This document shows, one piece after another, positions 51,213-59,682 of a DNA stretch of 64,000 bases. The notes beneath the pieces were generated by a model. That model was not told where the DNA came from and searched no databases. It saw nothing but the letters and a program-made list of their open reading frames with translations. Within the stretch, counting starts at the first letter, position 1, and each line of letters opens with the position of its first letter. Origin of the DNA: Candidatus Eiseniibacteriota bacterium (GTDB lineage Bacteria; Eisenbacteria; RBG-16-71-46; CAVPCR01); contig CAWGMA010000003.1 in assembly GCA_963823555.1 (NCBI GenBank), positions 640,001 through 704,000 of the forward strand, in the 5' to 3' direction. A program made the translations under genes and the position numbers.

Positions 51213-51845
51213 ATGCGCAAGTCAGTTACCATCCTCGCGCTCATCATGTTGGTTGCGGCCGGCGCCCAGGCCGACGTCGTCATGGTCGAGGCGAGAGGGC
51301 AAGTCTTTTTCAATTCCATTCCGACCCCGCCGCTGGGCAACATCAGCTCGGGGGAGCAAGTTGTGATGTCGTTCACCGTCGATTCGAACAACTTCGTTGA
51401 AGGTATCCCAGGTGATACGCGCGGCTATGAGATCGATCAGCCATCGTTCTCGCTCGGGTTCTCGTCCGGCCTGGACATGGGGTTGATCAGTCCGTTCCCG
51501 GCGGGGCAGACGCCCTATTTCACGCTCGTCGAGGGGTTCCCGGTCAGCGACGGATTCTTCGTGTCCACGAGCCCGATCTCGCCGGGCGGTGTTCCCCTGG
51601 CCCAGGATCCTCACAACTTCAATCTGGATCTCGGTTATGTAGGCAGCACGCTCGGGTCGCTGGACATCCTGGACGCGCAGGGGACCTACGACTTCACCGG
51701 GCTGACCAGGTTCGCCTTCAACATCTGGCGGGTTTTCCCGGACAACGTGGTCCTGGACATCGACTTCGCGCAGATGAGCATCACGGCCGAACTGCTCGCG
51801 GTCGATCCATCGAGCTGGGGTGCGGTGAAAGTGCTGTTCAAGTAA
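51213..51845 (+). CDS. Secreted protein with SWG tail
   Basis: GGAGG RBS, signal peptide ending AQA, ends AVDPSSWGAVKVLFK. Confidence 0.87.
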   Translation: MRKSVTILALIMLVAAGAQADVVMVEARGQVFFNSIPTPPLGNISSGEQVVMSFTVDSNNFVEGIPGDTRGYEIDQPSFSLGFSSGLDMGLISPFPAGQTPYFTLVEGFPVSDGFFVSTSPISPGGVPLAQDPHNFNLDLGYVGSTLGSLDILDAQGTYDFTGLTRFAFNIWRVFPDNVVLDIDFAQMSITAELLAVDPSSWGAVKVLFK

Positions 51846-51872
51846 AGGCGATCCCTTCGCTCTCTTGCTCCC

Positions 51873-51905
51873 AGGACCCGGGTCTTGCCCCGGGTCCTTT
51901 CGTTT
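51873..51905 (+). terminator. Intrinsic terminator
   Basis: AGGACCCGGG/CCCGGGTCCT stem followed by TTCGTTT. Confidence 0.7.
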
Positions 51906-51943
51906 GGGGCCGGACGAAGGGGGTGGGCTTCACGGCTGGCGAC

Positions 51944-53242
51944 CTACCCCGTCAGCCAGTCGCACAGCTGATCGATCGCTGTGAGCACGTTGCGACAGTG
52001 GTTCTCGAGGAAGGACTGGCCGAGGGCTCGATCGGCGGGTGTCACCTCGGCAGCGGCCAGCGCGTGCGCTCCATCGAAATCGACGTAGGCCAGGCGCGCG
52101 GTCAACTCGTCGCTTCGCCGACCGAAGGCGCTCCCGGGGAGCATGGCCACGCCCGTGTCCTGGAAGATCGCCTCGCAAAGGCTCAGACTATCCCGCACTC
52201 CACGCTGGGCAAGCTTGTCGCGGAAGGGGGCAAAGTCAGGGAAGAGGTAGAAGGCTCCCTTCGGTTTCTCGATGTCAAGGCCGATGTCGTTCAGCCGGCG
52301 GGTGATCCAGCGGGCAAGAGCTGCGAGAACGCGGCGCGAGTTCCAGAGATAGCGCTCGATGGATATGCCACCCTGGAAGGCCCTGACTGCTGCGTACTGG
52401 ATCGGGGCGCTGGTTGTCGTGTAGGTCTCGCTGGCGGCGGTGGCCATCGACTCGAGGAGCCAGTTCAGGATCGGTGGAAAGGCGAAAGCGCCTAGCCGCC
52501 AGCCACCGGCCCCGCACCACTTGCTGAGCCCGGTCGAGATGATGGTCCCCTCGGGGTAGAAGCGAGCGATCGATACGTGCTGGCCCTTGTGGTGTAGACC
52601 ACCATAGATCTCGTCGGAGAGCAGGACGACGCGGTGTTGCCGCGCCACTCGGGCCAGGTCTTGTAGCTCATCCGCCTTGTAGGTGCCGCCGGTAGGATTG
52701 CTGGGATAGTTGAGGACGACGATCCGCGGCCGGCCCCGGTCCTGTTCGCAGTGCTTGGCGAGCTGATCCGGAGTCAGGCGCCAGCCGCTGGTCCTCTCGG
52801 TGTGAAGCCATTTCACCTGGCGGCCGATGATGTGCGCCTGAGGCGCGTAGGAAACCCAGGCGGGCGTGGGGATGACGATGTCTCCGTAATAGACAAGCTG
52901 TAGCAGGAACATCAGCTCTTTCGAACCGGGTCCCACCAGGACCTGATCACCGCTCAGGCAAACTCCCTGCATGCGGCAATGGTAGTCGGCGATGGCCAGC
53001 CGAAGTGCCTCGAGCCCCTTGACCGGAAGGTAGGCCTTCTGATGGGCGTTGGCCTTGAGCTCTTCAACCACCGGCTGCGGCACCGGGAAGGGGGATTGCC
53101 CGAGACCGAGCTTGTAGACCTGTTTTCCCTCTTTGCGCAAGCGGTCGCAGCGCTCGTTGATGGCGACCGTGGCCGACGGCAGCAGCCCGCGCACGTTGAG
53201 GTTGAGATTGACGTCGAGGGCCTTTGCTCGGACCTGTCCCAT
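51944..53242 (-). CDS. Class I/II PLP-dependent aminotransferase
   Basis: NYPSNPTG, SDEIY, GLSKWCGAGGWRLG. Confidence 0.93.
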   Translation of the reverse strand: MGQVRAKALDVNLNLNVRGLLPSATVAINERCDRLRKEGKQVYKLGLGQSPFPVPQPVVEELKANAHQKAYLPVKGLEALRLAIADYHCRMQGVCLSGDQVLVGPGSKELMFLLQLVYYGDIVIPTPAWVSYAPQAHIIGRQVKWLHTERTSGWRLTPDQLAKHCEQDRGRPRIVVLNYPSNPTGGTYKADELQDLARVARQHRVVLLSDEIYGGLHHKGQHVSIARFYPEGTIISTGLSKWCGAGGWRLGAFAFPPILNWLLESMATAASETYTTTSAPIQYAAVRAFQGGISIERYLWNSRRVLAALARWITRRLNDIGLDIEKPKGAFYLFPDFAPFRDKLAQRGVRDSLSLCEAIFQDTGVAMLPGSAFGRRSDELTARLAYVDFDGAHALAAAEVTPADRALGQSFLENHCRNVLTAIDQLCDWLTG

Positions 53243-53344
53243 GAGGTTACGACTCCCGCTTGGAATCCGAGAACTGAGCTCGGCTCTGCTTTCCCCGAGC
53301 CGCTGACTCCTTTGATTCAGCTTAGCACACTCGCATGTCGGGCT

Positions 53345-53728
53345 TTAGATCCAACCCAGGCGTTTCAGCGCGCCATAGACCAGGTAAACGCCGACCATGC
53401 AGACGAAGATGCCGAACAGCAGACGAAGGTGTGCCCCCTTCATCTGGTTGGCTGCGTAGGCACCTACCCAGGCCCCGGCGAACATGCTAGCGGCAACGAT
53501 GATCGCAGCGCGGACATCCACGTTGCCGTGACGGTAATACTCGATCGCCGCGGCGAGCCCGATGGGTGGCAGCAGCACGGCGAGGCTCGTTCCCGTCGCT
53601 CGGTGCTGAGAGAAGCCGGCCCAGTAGATGAGAGCGGGGACGATGACAAGCCCGCCGCCCACGCCGAACAAACCGGCGAAGGAGCCGCCGGCCAGGCCGA
53701 TGATCACGAAGATCCACCACGCTGGCAT
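53345..53728 (-). CDS. Half-size TauE/SafE-family membrane protein
   Basis: GLFGVGGGLVIVP, ATGTSLA. Confidence 0.85.
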   Translation of the reverse strand: MPAWWIFVIIGLAGGSFAGLFGVGGGLVIVPALIYWAGFSQHRATGTSLAVLLPPIGLAAAIEYYRHGNVDVRAAIIVAASMFAGAWVGAYAANQMKGAHLRLLFGIFVCMVGVYLVYGALKRLGWI

Positions 53729-54037
53729 GCCATCCACCTTTCGTCTTGTGGAGTTCTCCTCGTCTCGTGAAGTCTCTCCGGCTAGCGGCCGGTCCCCTGT
53801 GCCCCGTGCGGTGGGCGGCCAGCGCCGGCGAGCGCGCCAGGGTCGACAGCAGGGAAACCGACGGGATCTTACCAGTGCCCGAGACCGCCTCGAAGCGGGT
53901 TGTCTCCTCCTTCCAGGGTCTTGTCGAGTGATCGGGGGAGGCTTTATGATCCCCCCCGTCCCGAAGCTGCGACCCGGTGGCTTGGCCGATCCCGCCGTTT
54001 CATCGGGTCGTTCACGTCACGATCAGGAGGTGTCCCG

Positions 54038-54550
54038 GTGTTGAAGTTGATCACCATTGCAGCCTGTGTATTGGCGGTTACGGCCGGAATGGCCTGGGCA
54101 GGAGACATGACGTCTCCCCATGGCAAGATGACGTCGGAGCAGATGCAGGCCATGAAGGCGAGCATGATGAAGTGCTCCGTATGCAAGCACATGGCGGTAC
54201 ACATGGACGAGCTGGGTCCAGTGATGACCATGGAAGTGGCCAAGCTGAACGACGGTATGGCCATGATGCACAACATCACCGACCCGGCCAAGATCGCCGT
54301 CTTTCGTGCGGCCGGCAAGGAGACGAGCGCAGCCGGCATGGCTTGCATGGCCATGACGGACGAGCAGGCCAAGGCCGAGCTCTGCGAGTTCTGCCAGGAG
54401 ATCCGCTCGGTCGTGAAGTCGGGTGCTACCATGAGCATGGGTGACACCAAGATGGGCGACATCATGGTGTTCACCTCCTCCGATCCGACCGTTCAAGCCA
54501 AGATTGCCGCCCTCGGCACCAAGTGCGAGATGATGGCAGGGGCGATGTAA
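54038..54550 (+). CDS. Secreted Met/Cys-rich protein, possible metal binder
   Basis: AGGAGG RBS, signal peptide ending AWA, CSVCKH and CEFC, very Met-rich. Confidence 0.75.
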   Translation: MLKLITIAACVLAVTAGMAWAGDMTSPHGKMTSEQMQAMKASMMKCSVCKHMAVHMDELGPVMTMEVAKLNDGMAMMHNITDPAKIAVFRAAGKETSAAGMACMAMTDEQAKAELCEFCQEIRSVVKSGATMSMGDTKMGDIMVFTSSDPTVQAKIAALGTKCEMMAGAM

Positions 54551-54585
54551 ACCGCGTCGATTCTGCCGCACCGCACTGGAAACAC

Positions 54586-54613
54586 GAGGCCCTCCACGAT
54601 CGTGGAGGGCCTC
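54586..54613. terminator. Perfect 28-bp palindrome between convergent genes
   Basis: GAGGCCCTCCACGATCGTGGAGGGCCTC. No strong U-tract. Confidence 0.6.
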
Positions 54614-54672
54614 ATCGCATGGCGCTGAGATCCCGTCGACGGAATGTGTGAGACGGGCCGGATTCGAACCGG

Positions 54673-56076
54673 CTACTCCCACTCCACGTGGCCGAAGACC
54701 GCGAGCTTTCGCCGCCGAACCGGGCGATCACCCCAGGCCGGTGCGTTGTGGTTCCGGCTGATCTCCTGCATCGCTTCCGAGAAGAAGAAGTCCTCCTCGC
54801 CAAAGGCCGGGATCAGATCGGTCAACCAGGAGGCATTGGGGTCGAACTTGGCGAAGAAGGGAGTCCCGACCCATTTGGGGTCGCGTGCCTGCACGAACTT
54901 GAGGACAAAGACCTTCTCGCCGCGGATCGTGGCGGTTCCTTCCACGAGCACCTTGCCGGGGGTGGCGGACATCGACGGGCCGCGTACGGTGCGGGCGAGA
55001 CCGGACACCCGGCGGTAGGCCCGGTTGAAGATCTCGATCGCCCGGGCAAGCGGCACCTTGAAATAGTCTTTCGGCCCCGTGTCTCGCTCGACGAACATGT
55101 AGTAGGGGACCGCTCCCAGATGCACCTGTGTCCGCCATAGATCGGCCCAGGCGTGGCTGGAGTCATTGACATGGCGCACCAGAGGCGCCTGGCATCTCAC
55201 AACGGCCCCGGTCATCTGGATGCGGCGCACGGCCGCCTGCGCTTCCGGTGTCTCGAGCTCGCGCGGATGGCTGTAGTGCGCCATGAGCGCCACATGCCGG
55301 CCAGCGCGCCTGACTTCCTCGAAGAGCCGCAACAGGTCGTCGGCGTCCGGATCGGTGAGGAAACGGTAGGGCCAGAACGCGGGCGCCTTGGTCCCGATCC
55401 GGATGCTGACGATATGTTCCAGCTCGGGGGCGAGAAGCGGTTCGATGTAGCGGCGCAGCAGCCGCGTCTTCATGATCATGGGGTCGCCGCCGGTGAATAG
55501 AACGCTGTTCACCTCCGGGTGCTCTCGCAAGTAGTGCACCAGCGTCTCGGCCTCCCGGTTGGCGAACTTGAGTTCATCGATGCCGACGAACTGCGCCCAG
55601 CGGAAGCAGTACGTGCAATAGGAGTGGCACGTCTGTCCCTGGCTCGGGAAGAAGAGCACCGTTTCCCGATACTTGTGCTGCATCCCCGGGATCGGCGTGC
55701 CGTCGATGCGAGGTACGTTCAGCTCCATCTGCCCGGCCGGGTGTGGGTTCATCTTCTGCTGGATGCGGTGAGCGACGAGCTTGAGAGTCTTCTCCGGAGC
55801 TCGCCTCTTGAGGAGATTGTAGAGGCGCCGGAAATCGCTTGCCTCGAGCATGCCCACCTGGGGAAACGTGAGCTGATACATGGGATCATCAGGCACGTTG
55901 TGCCAGTCGATGAGTCTCTCGACGACGTAGCTGTTGACGCGGAAGGGGAGCACAGCCGAAACCGCTTTCATCCCGAGAATCTCATCCTGCGTGAGCTGGT
56001 TGAGATGCGGGATGTTGTCGATGTCCTTGCGGCTGAAAGCGCGGAACTTGCGGGGGGGGATTCTGAGCCTGAGCAT
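54673..56076 (-). CDS. KamA-family radical SAM protein (lysine 2,3-aminomutase-like)
   Basis: QHKYRETVL, CHSYCTYCFR, FTGGDP, RIGTK, PYY. Confidence 0.9.
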   Translation of the reverse strand: MLRLRIPPRKFRAFSRKDIDNIPHLNQLTQDEILGMKAVSAVLPFRVNSYVVERLIDWHNVPDDPMYQLTFPQVGMLEASDFRRLYNLLKRRAPEKTLKLVAHRIQQKMNPHPAGQMELNVPRIDGTPIPGMQHKYRETVLFFPSQGQTCHSYCTYCFRWAQFVGIDELKFANREAETLVHYLREHPEVNSVLFTGGDPMIMKTRLLRRYIEPLLAPELEHIVSIRIGTKAPAFWPYRFLTDPDADDLLRLFEEVRRAGRHVALMAHYSHPRELETPEAQAAVRRIQMTGAVVRCQAPLVRHVNDSSHAWADLWRTQVHLGAVPYYMFVERDTGPKDYFKVPLARAIEIFNRAYRRVSGLARTVRGPSMSATPGKVLVEGTATIRGEKVFVLKFVQARDPKWVGTPFFAKFDPNASWLTDLIPAFGEEDFFFSEAMQEISRNHNAPAWGDRPVRRRKLAVFGHVEWE

Positions 56077-56228
56077 GAGCCCTCCTTCGTGCGGGGGGAT
56101 CGCTGGGAACCGCCCGGCGCTCGGACCGCCCCACCTGACAACGATAGCGGACGATTTCTCGCCTAGCGTACGAATTCCCACCGGTTCCGTCGACCCCGGA
56201 TGCCGCCGCCCGCTCGCCCCGAATTGGC

Positions 56229-59200
56229 TCAAGCAGTGGGAGCCGAGCCCCCCTCCGCAATCGCGAGATCGATCGCCTGCTCGAGACTCATCCGGCGGCC
56301 GCGCTCCCACTCCACGGCAAATGCCCGGTCTCCCAGAGCGCTTTGCGCCTGCGCGGTGGCGTTCTCCACCTCGGCGCGCTGGGCCGGCGGAGTGGGCGAT
56401 TCGATCTCGGCGCGTAGCGTGGCCACGGTGCCGAGGATCTGAGCCGCTCGTTCCCAGGAACCTTCCCGGGCTGCGAGAAGCCCGATCAGCTCGAGAGATT
56501 CGGCAATGTTGAGCCGGTCGCCAAGCCGCTTCTGGATGGCCAGACTCTGGGCGTAGAAGGCCCGGGCCCGGCCGAGCCGCCCCTCTTGCGCGTCGATGGC
56601 CGCAAGGCAGCGCAGGGATTCGGCGATGCCCATGGGGTCGTCGCGCTGACGGCGGTTGGCCAGGCTCTCTTCGTGCCGGTCGCGGGCCTGTTCGAGATCC
56701 CCCATGCGCTCGGCGACCATCCCCAGTGCGTTCAACGAATCGGCGATGCCCATGAGATCGCCTACCTCGCGCCGGAGCGCGAGACTTTCCTCGTTGAATG
56801 CACGCGAGTCTTCGAACTGACCCATCCGGAAGCAGAGTTCGGCGAGGTTATGAAGGGACACCGCCTGGTAGCGTAGATTGCCCTCTGCTCGCCGCAGGGC
56901 GAGACTCTCCTCGTACATGGCGCGACTTCGCGCGAACTCTCCTCGTTCCTGCGCCACAGCACCGAGGTTGTTGAGCGACTGCGATATACCCATGCGGTCG
57001 CCGAGCTCACGCCGGATGTCGAGGCTCTCCTGGTTCAGGGACCAGGCCTCATCGAGGTCGCCCTGCCAGAGCGCGATCCATCCGGTCCAGGCCAAGGCTT
57101 GAGCGCGTGCCGCATCTCTCGTCTCCGCCCCGGGGAGACCGAGGATCTCCTTCATGAGCGTGCGGCCCTCGGTCCAGCGCCCGCGTCCGTACCAGTAGCG
57201 ACCCAGCGCCGCTGCGATCTTGATGGCTGTCAGTACATCTCGATCCGGCCCGGAGCCACAGGCGCCGACGATGGCTGCGCGCAGGTTGTCGTGTTCAACC
57301 TCGAGCCGCTGGGACCATGCGTGCTGTTCAGGCCCGACCAGATGGCCTGAGGACGCCGCCGCCATGGTCTCGAAGTACCGCCGGTGTCGCTTCCGTATCT
57401 CACTCCATTCGTCGCTTTCCTGGAGGCGTTCGCGGGCGTACTCACGGATCGTCTCCAGCGCTCGGTATCGCGGCTGACCGGTGCGCCGGCTGCCATGGAC
57501 ATCGCGCTCAACCAGGGATTTCTCGACGAGTTGCGAATGCAGGTCGAGCACCTCCCAGGGTTCAATGCCGTTGTTGCCGCACACTTCCTCGACGGCTTCC
57601 AGCGTCCATCCGCCGGCGAACACGGCCAAGCGCCTGAGCAGGATGCGCTCCTTGCCAGAAAGATGGTCGAAGCTCCAGTCGATGAGAGCGCGCAAGGTCT
57701 GGTGGCGGGGCATTGCGGTCCGGCTCCCCGTGGTGAGGAAGTTGAACCGGTCATCGAGACGTCTGGCGATCTCAGCCGGTGCCAGCGCCTTCACGCGGGC
57801 CGCGGCCAGCTCGAGGGCGAGCGGGATGCCGTCGAGACGCCGGCAGATCTGCGCGAGCGCGGGAGCGTTCTCCCGGGTCAGCGTGAAGCCGATGTCTGCC
57901 GCGCGCGCCCGGTCGAGAAACAGACGGATCGATTCCACCCGCTCCAGCCGCTCGAGAGGAGGCAAAGCCGCCGACTCGGGAGTGTCCAGAGGTCGGAGCT
58001 GGAAGAGGGATTCCCCCCCGATACCAAGTCGCTCGCGACTCGAGGCGAGAATGCGCACGCGCGGGCAACTCTGCACCAGGGCCTCCGCCAGGCGGGCGCT
58101 TGCTTCCAGCAGGTGTTCGCAGTTGTCGAGAACCAGCAACAGCTCCCGGTTCTTGAGGTGGAGTCTGAGCGTATCGCGGAGCGAGCGGCGAGAATCCTCG
58201 CGCACGCCAAGGGCATCGGCCACCGCATGCTGCACCTGATCAGGCTCGGTGATCGGCGCGAGCTCGACCAGCCACACGCCATCCGGGAAGCGTGGGAGCA
58301 GGCGACGCCCAACCTCGATGGCGATTCGTGTCTTCCCGCATCCGCCGGGGCCGACCACAGTGACGAGCCGGTCCTTCTCGAGGTGGCGCTTGAGCTGGGC
58401 CATGGAGTGCTCGCGGCCGACGAAGCTCGTGAGCTGAAGCGGGAGATTGGTGGGTGGTCCTGTCGTCCCGTCGGCTGAAAGCGCTGCCGCCATCGGCTGG
58501 CTCTGGTTCGCGATCTCGTCTTCCAGGACCTGGCGCACGCGCGCCATGGACTCGAGCCGGGCATCGAGCTCCTTCTCCAGGCAGTCGGCGAGCAGGCGGC
58601 GGATCCCTTCTGGAGTGCGATCTGGCAGCGCGCTCCAGTCCGGTTGGCGTTCGAGCGTTGCGGCGATCTGATCGAACAGCGACCGGCTGGGAAAGGTGAG
58701 CTGCGCCGTGATCATCTCGTACAGCACACAGCCAAAGGCCCAGATGTCGCTGCGGTGGTCAATCTCGTCTCCCCTGAGTTGCTCCGGACTCATGTAGCCC
58801 GGTGAGCCCTGGATCCGCGCATCCATCGTGGCATCGTCGGGGTGCGGTTCCAGCCCGCGGACCCCGCTCGCGCCGGCGCGCGCCAGGCCGAAGTCGAGCA
58901 GCTTGACCTTCTCCTCCGGGGTGATCTTGATGTTCTTCGGTTTGAGATCGAGGTGGATGACGCCGGCTGCGTGAGCAGCTTCGAGGGCATGGGCGATCTG
59001 ATGGGCGTAGGCGAGCACGTCTGCCAGGGGCAAGGGCCCCATGGCGATGCGCTGAGCCAGGGTTTCGCCTGGCACAAACTCCATGGTCAAGTAATGGAGG
59101 TCGTCGGCATGTTCCAGCGAATAGATGGTGGCGATGTTCGGATGGTTGATGGCGGCGAGGAGCCTGGCTTCACGCTCGAAACGGGCAAGTCTGTCGGGAT

Positions 59201-59423
59201 CGGCGGCGAGCCTGGCCGGCAAGACCTTGATGGCGATCTGCCGCCGGAGGCGGGGATCCTCGCCGGCATAGACAACGCCCATGCCGCCGCGACCGAGGAG
59301 GCGCGTCACGGGGTAGGAACCGACATGCTTCGGGAGCGGGGCATCGTCCCTGGCGCCCGGCGGCAAGAACTCGCTCTCGTCGCTTGGGCCGCGTGTGTCA
59401 GGGCTGTCTTGCGAGGACATCAT
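56229..59423 (-). CDS. Ser/Thr kinase - STAND/NB-ARC-like ATPase - TPR protein
   Basis: GRGGMG, HLDLKPKN, DFG, then GPGGCGKT, LDNCEH, LDGIPLALELAA, then TPR-like repeats. Confidence 0.93.
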   Translation of the reverse strand: MMSSQDSPDTRGPSDESEFLPPGARDDAPLPKHVGSYPVTRLLGRGGMGVVYAGEDPRLRRQIAIKVLPARLAADPDRLARFEREARLLAAINHPNIATIYSLEHADDLHYLTMEFVPGETLAQRIAMGPLPLADVLAYAHQIAHALEAAHAAGVIHLDLKPKNIKITPEEKVKLLDFGLARAGASGVRGLEPHPDDATMDARIQGSPGYMSPEQLRGDEIDHRSDIWAFGCVLYEMITAQLTFPSRSLFDQIAATLERQPDWSALPDRTPEGIRRLLADCLEKELDARLESMARVRQVLEDEIANQSQPMAAALSADGTTGPPTNLPLQLTSFVGREHSMAQLKRHLEKDRLVTVVGPGGCGKTRIAIEVGRRLLPRFPDGVWLVELAPITEPDQVQHAVADALGVREDSRRSLRDTLRLHLKNRELLLVLDNCEHLLEASARLAEALVQSCPRVRILASSRERLGIGGESLFQLRPLDTPESAALPPLERLERVESIRLFLDRARAADIGFTLTRENAPALAQICRRLDGIPLALELAAARVKALAPAEIARRLDDRFNFLTTGSRTAMPRHQTLRALIDWSFDHLSGKERILLRRLAVFAGGWTLEAVEEVCGNNGIEPWEVLDLHSQLVEKSLVERDVHGSRRTGQPRYRALETIREYARERLQESDEWSEIRKRHRRYFETMAAASSGHLVGPEQHAWSQRLEVEHDNLRAAIVGACGSGPDRDVLTAIKIAAALGRYWYGRGRWTEGRTLMKEILGLPGAETRDAARAQALAWTGWIALWQGDLDEAWSLNQESLDIRRELGDRMGISQSLNNLGAVAQERGEFARSRAMYEESLALRRAEGNLRYQAVSLHNLAELCFRMGQFEDSRAFNEESLALRREVGDLMGIADSLNALGMVAERMGDLEQARDRHEESLANRRQRDDPMGIAESLRCLAAIDAQEGRLGRARAFYAQSLAIQKRLGDRLNIAESLELIGLLAAREGSWERAAQILGTVATLRAEIESPTPPAQRAEVENATAQAQSALGDRAFAVEWERGRRMSLEQAIDLAIAEGGSAPTA

Positions 59424-59682
59424 CCGCTGCTCCTCAGCCTGCTGTGGTCGATGATCGGAGTATACCGTCTATTCCGCGCAGCCGACCATCGCACGCGCCG
59501 GCGGCCAGATCCGCGCGGCTCGTGTGTCTCCTGGCGAGCGGCCCGACAAGGGTCGACTGCCGGTGCATGGCATGCTAGGATAATGCCTTGCGGTAGCTCG
59601 GATGCTCTGTGGCTGATCGCCGGACATTGGTCCCCGTCAGGGCCGCTTCGTGTCCCGGCTTTCGGTTGTAGGGGAGGACTCC

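Noticed and set aside
54170..54192. c-type heme site in the Met-rich protein
   Set aside because: The motif is CxxCKH, not CxxCH.
54610..54730. Complete tRNA gene
   Set aside because: Only a T-arm-like part exists. The would-be 5' half is KamA coding sequence with no complementary acceptor strand.
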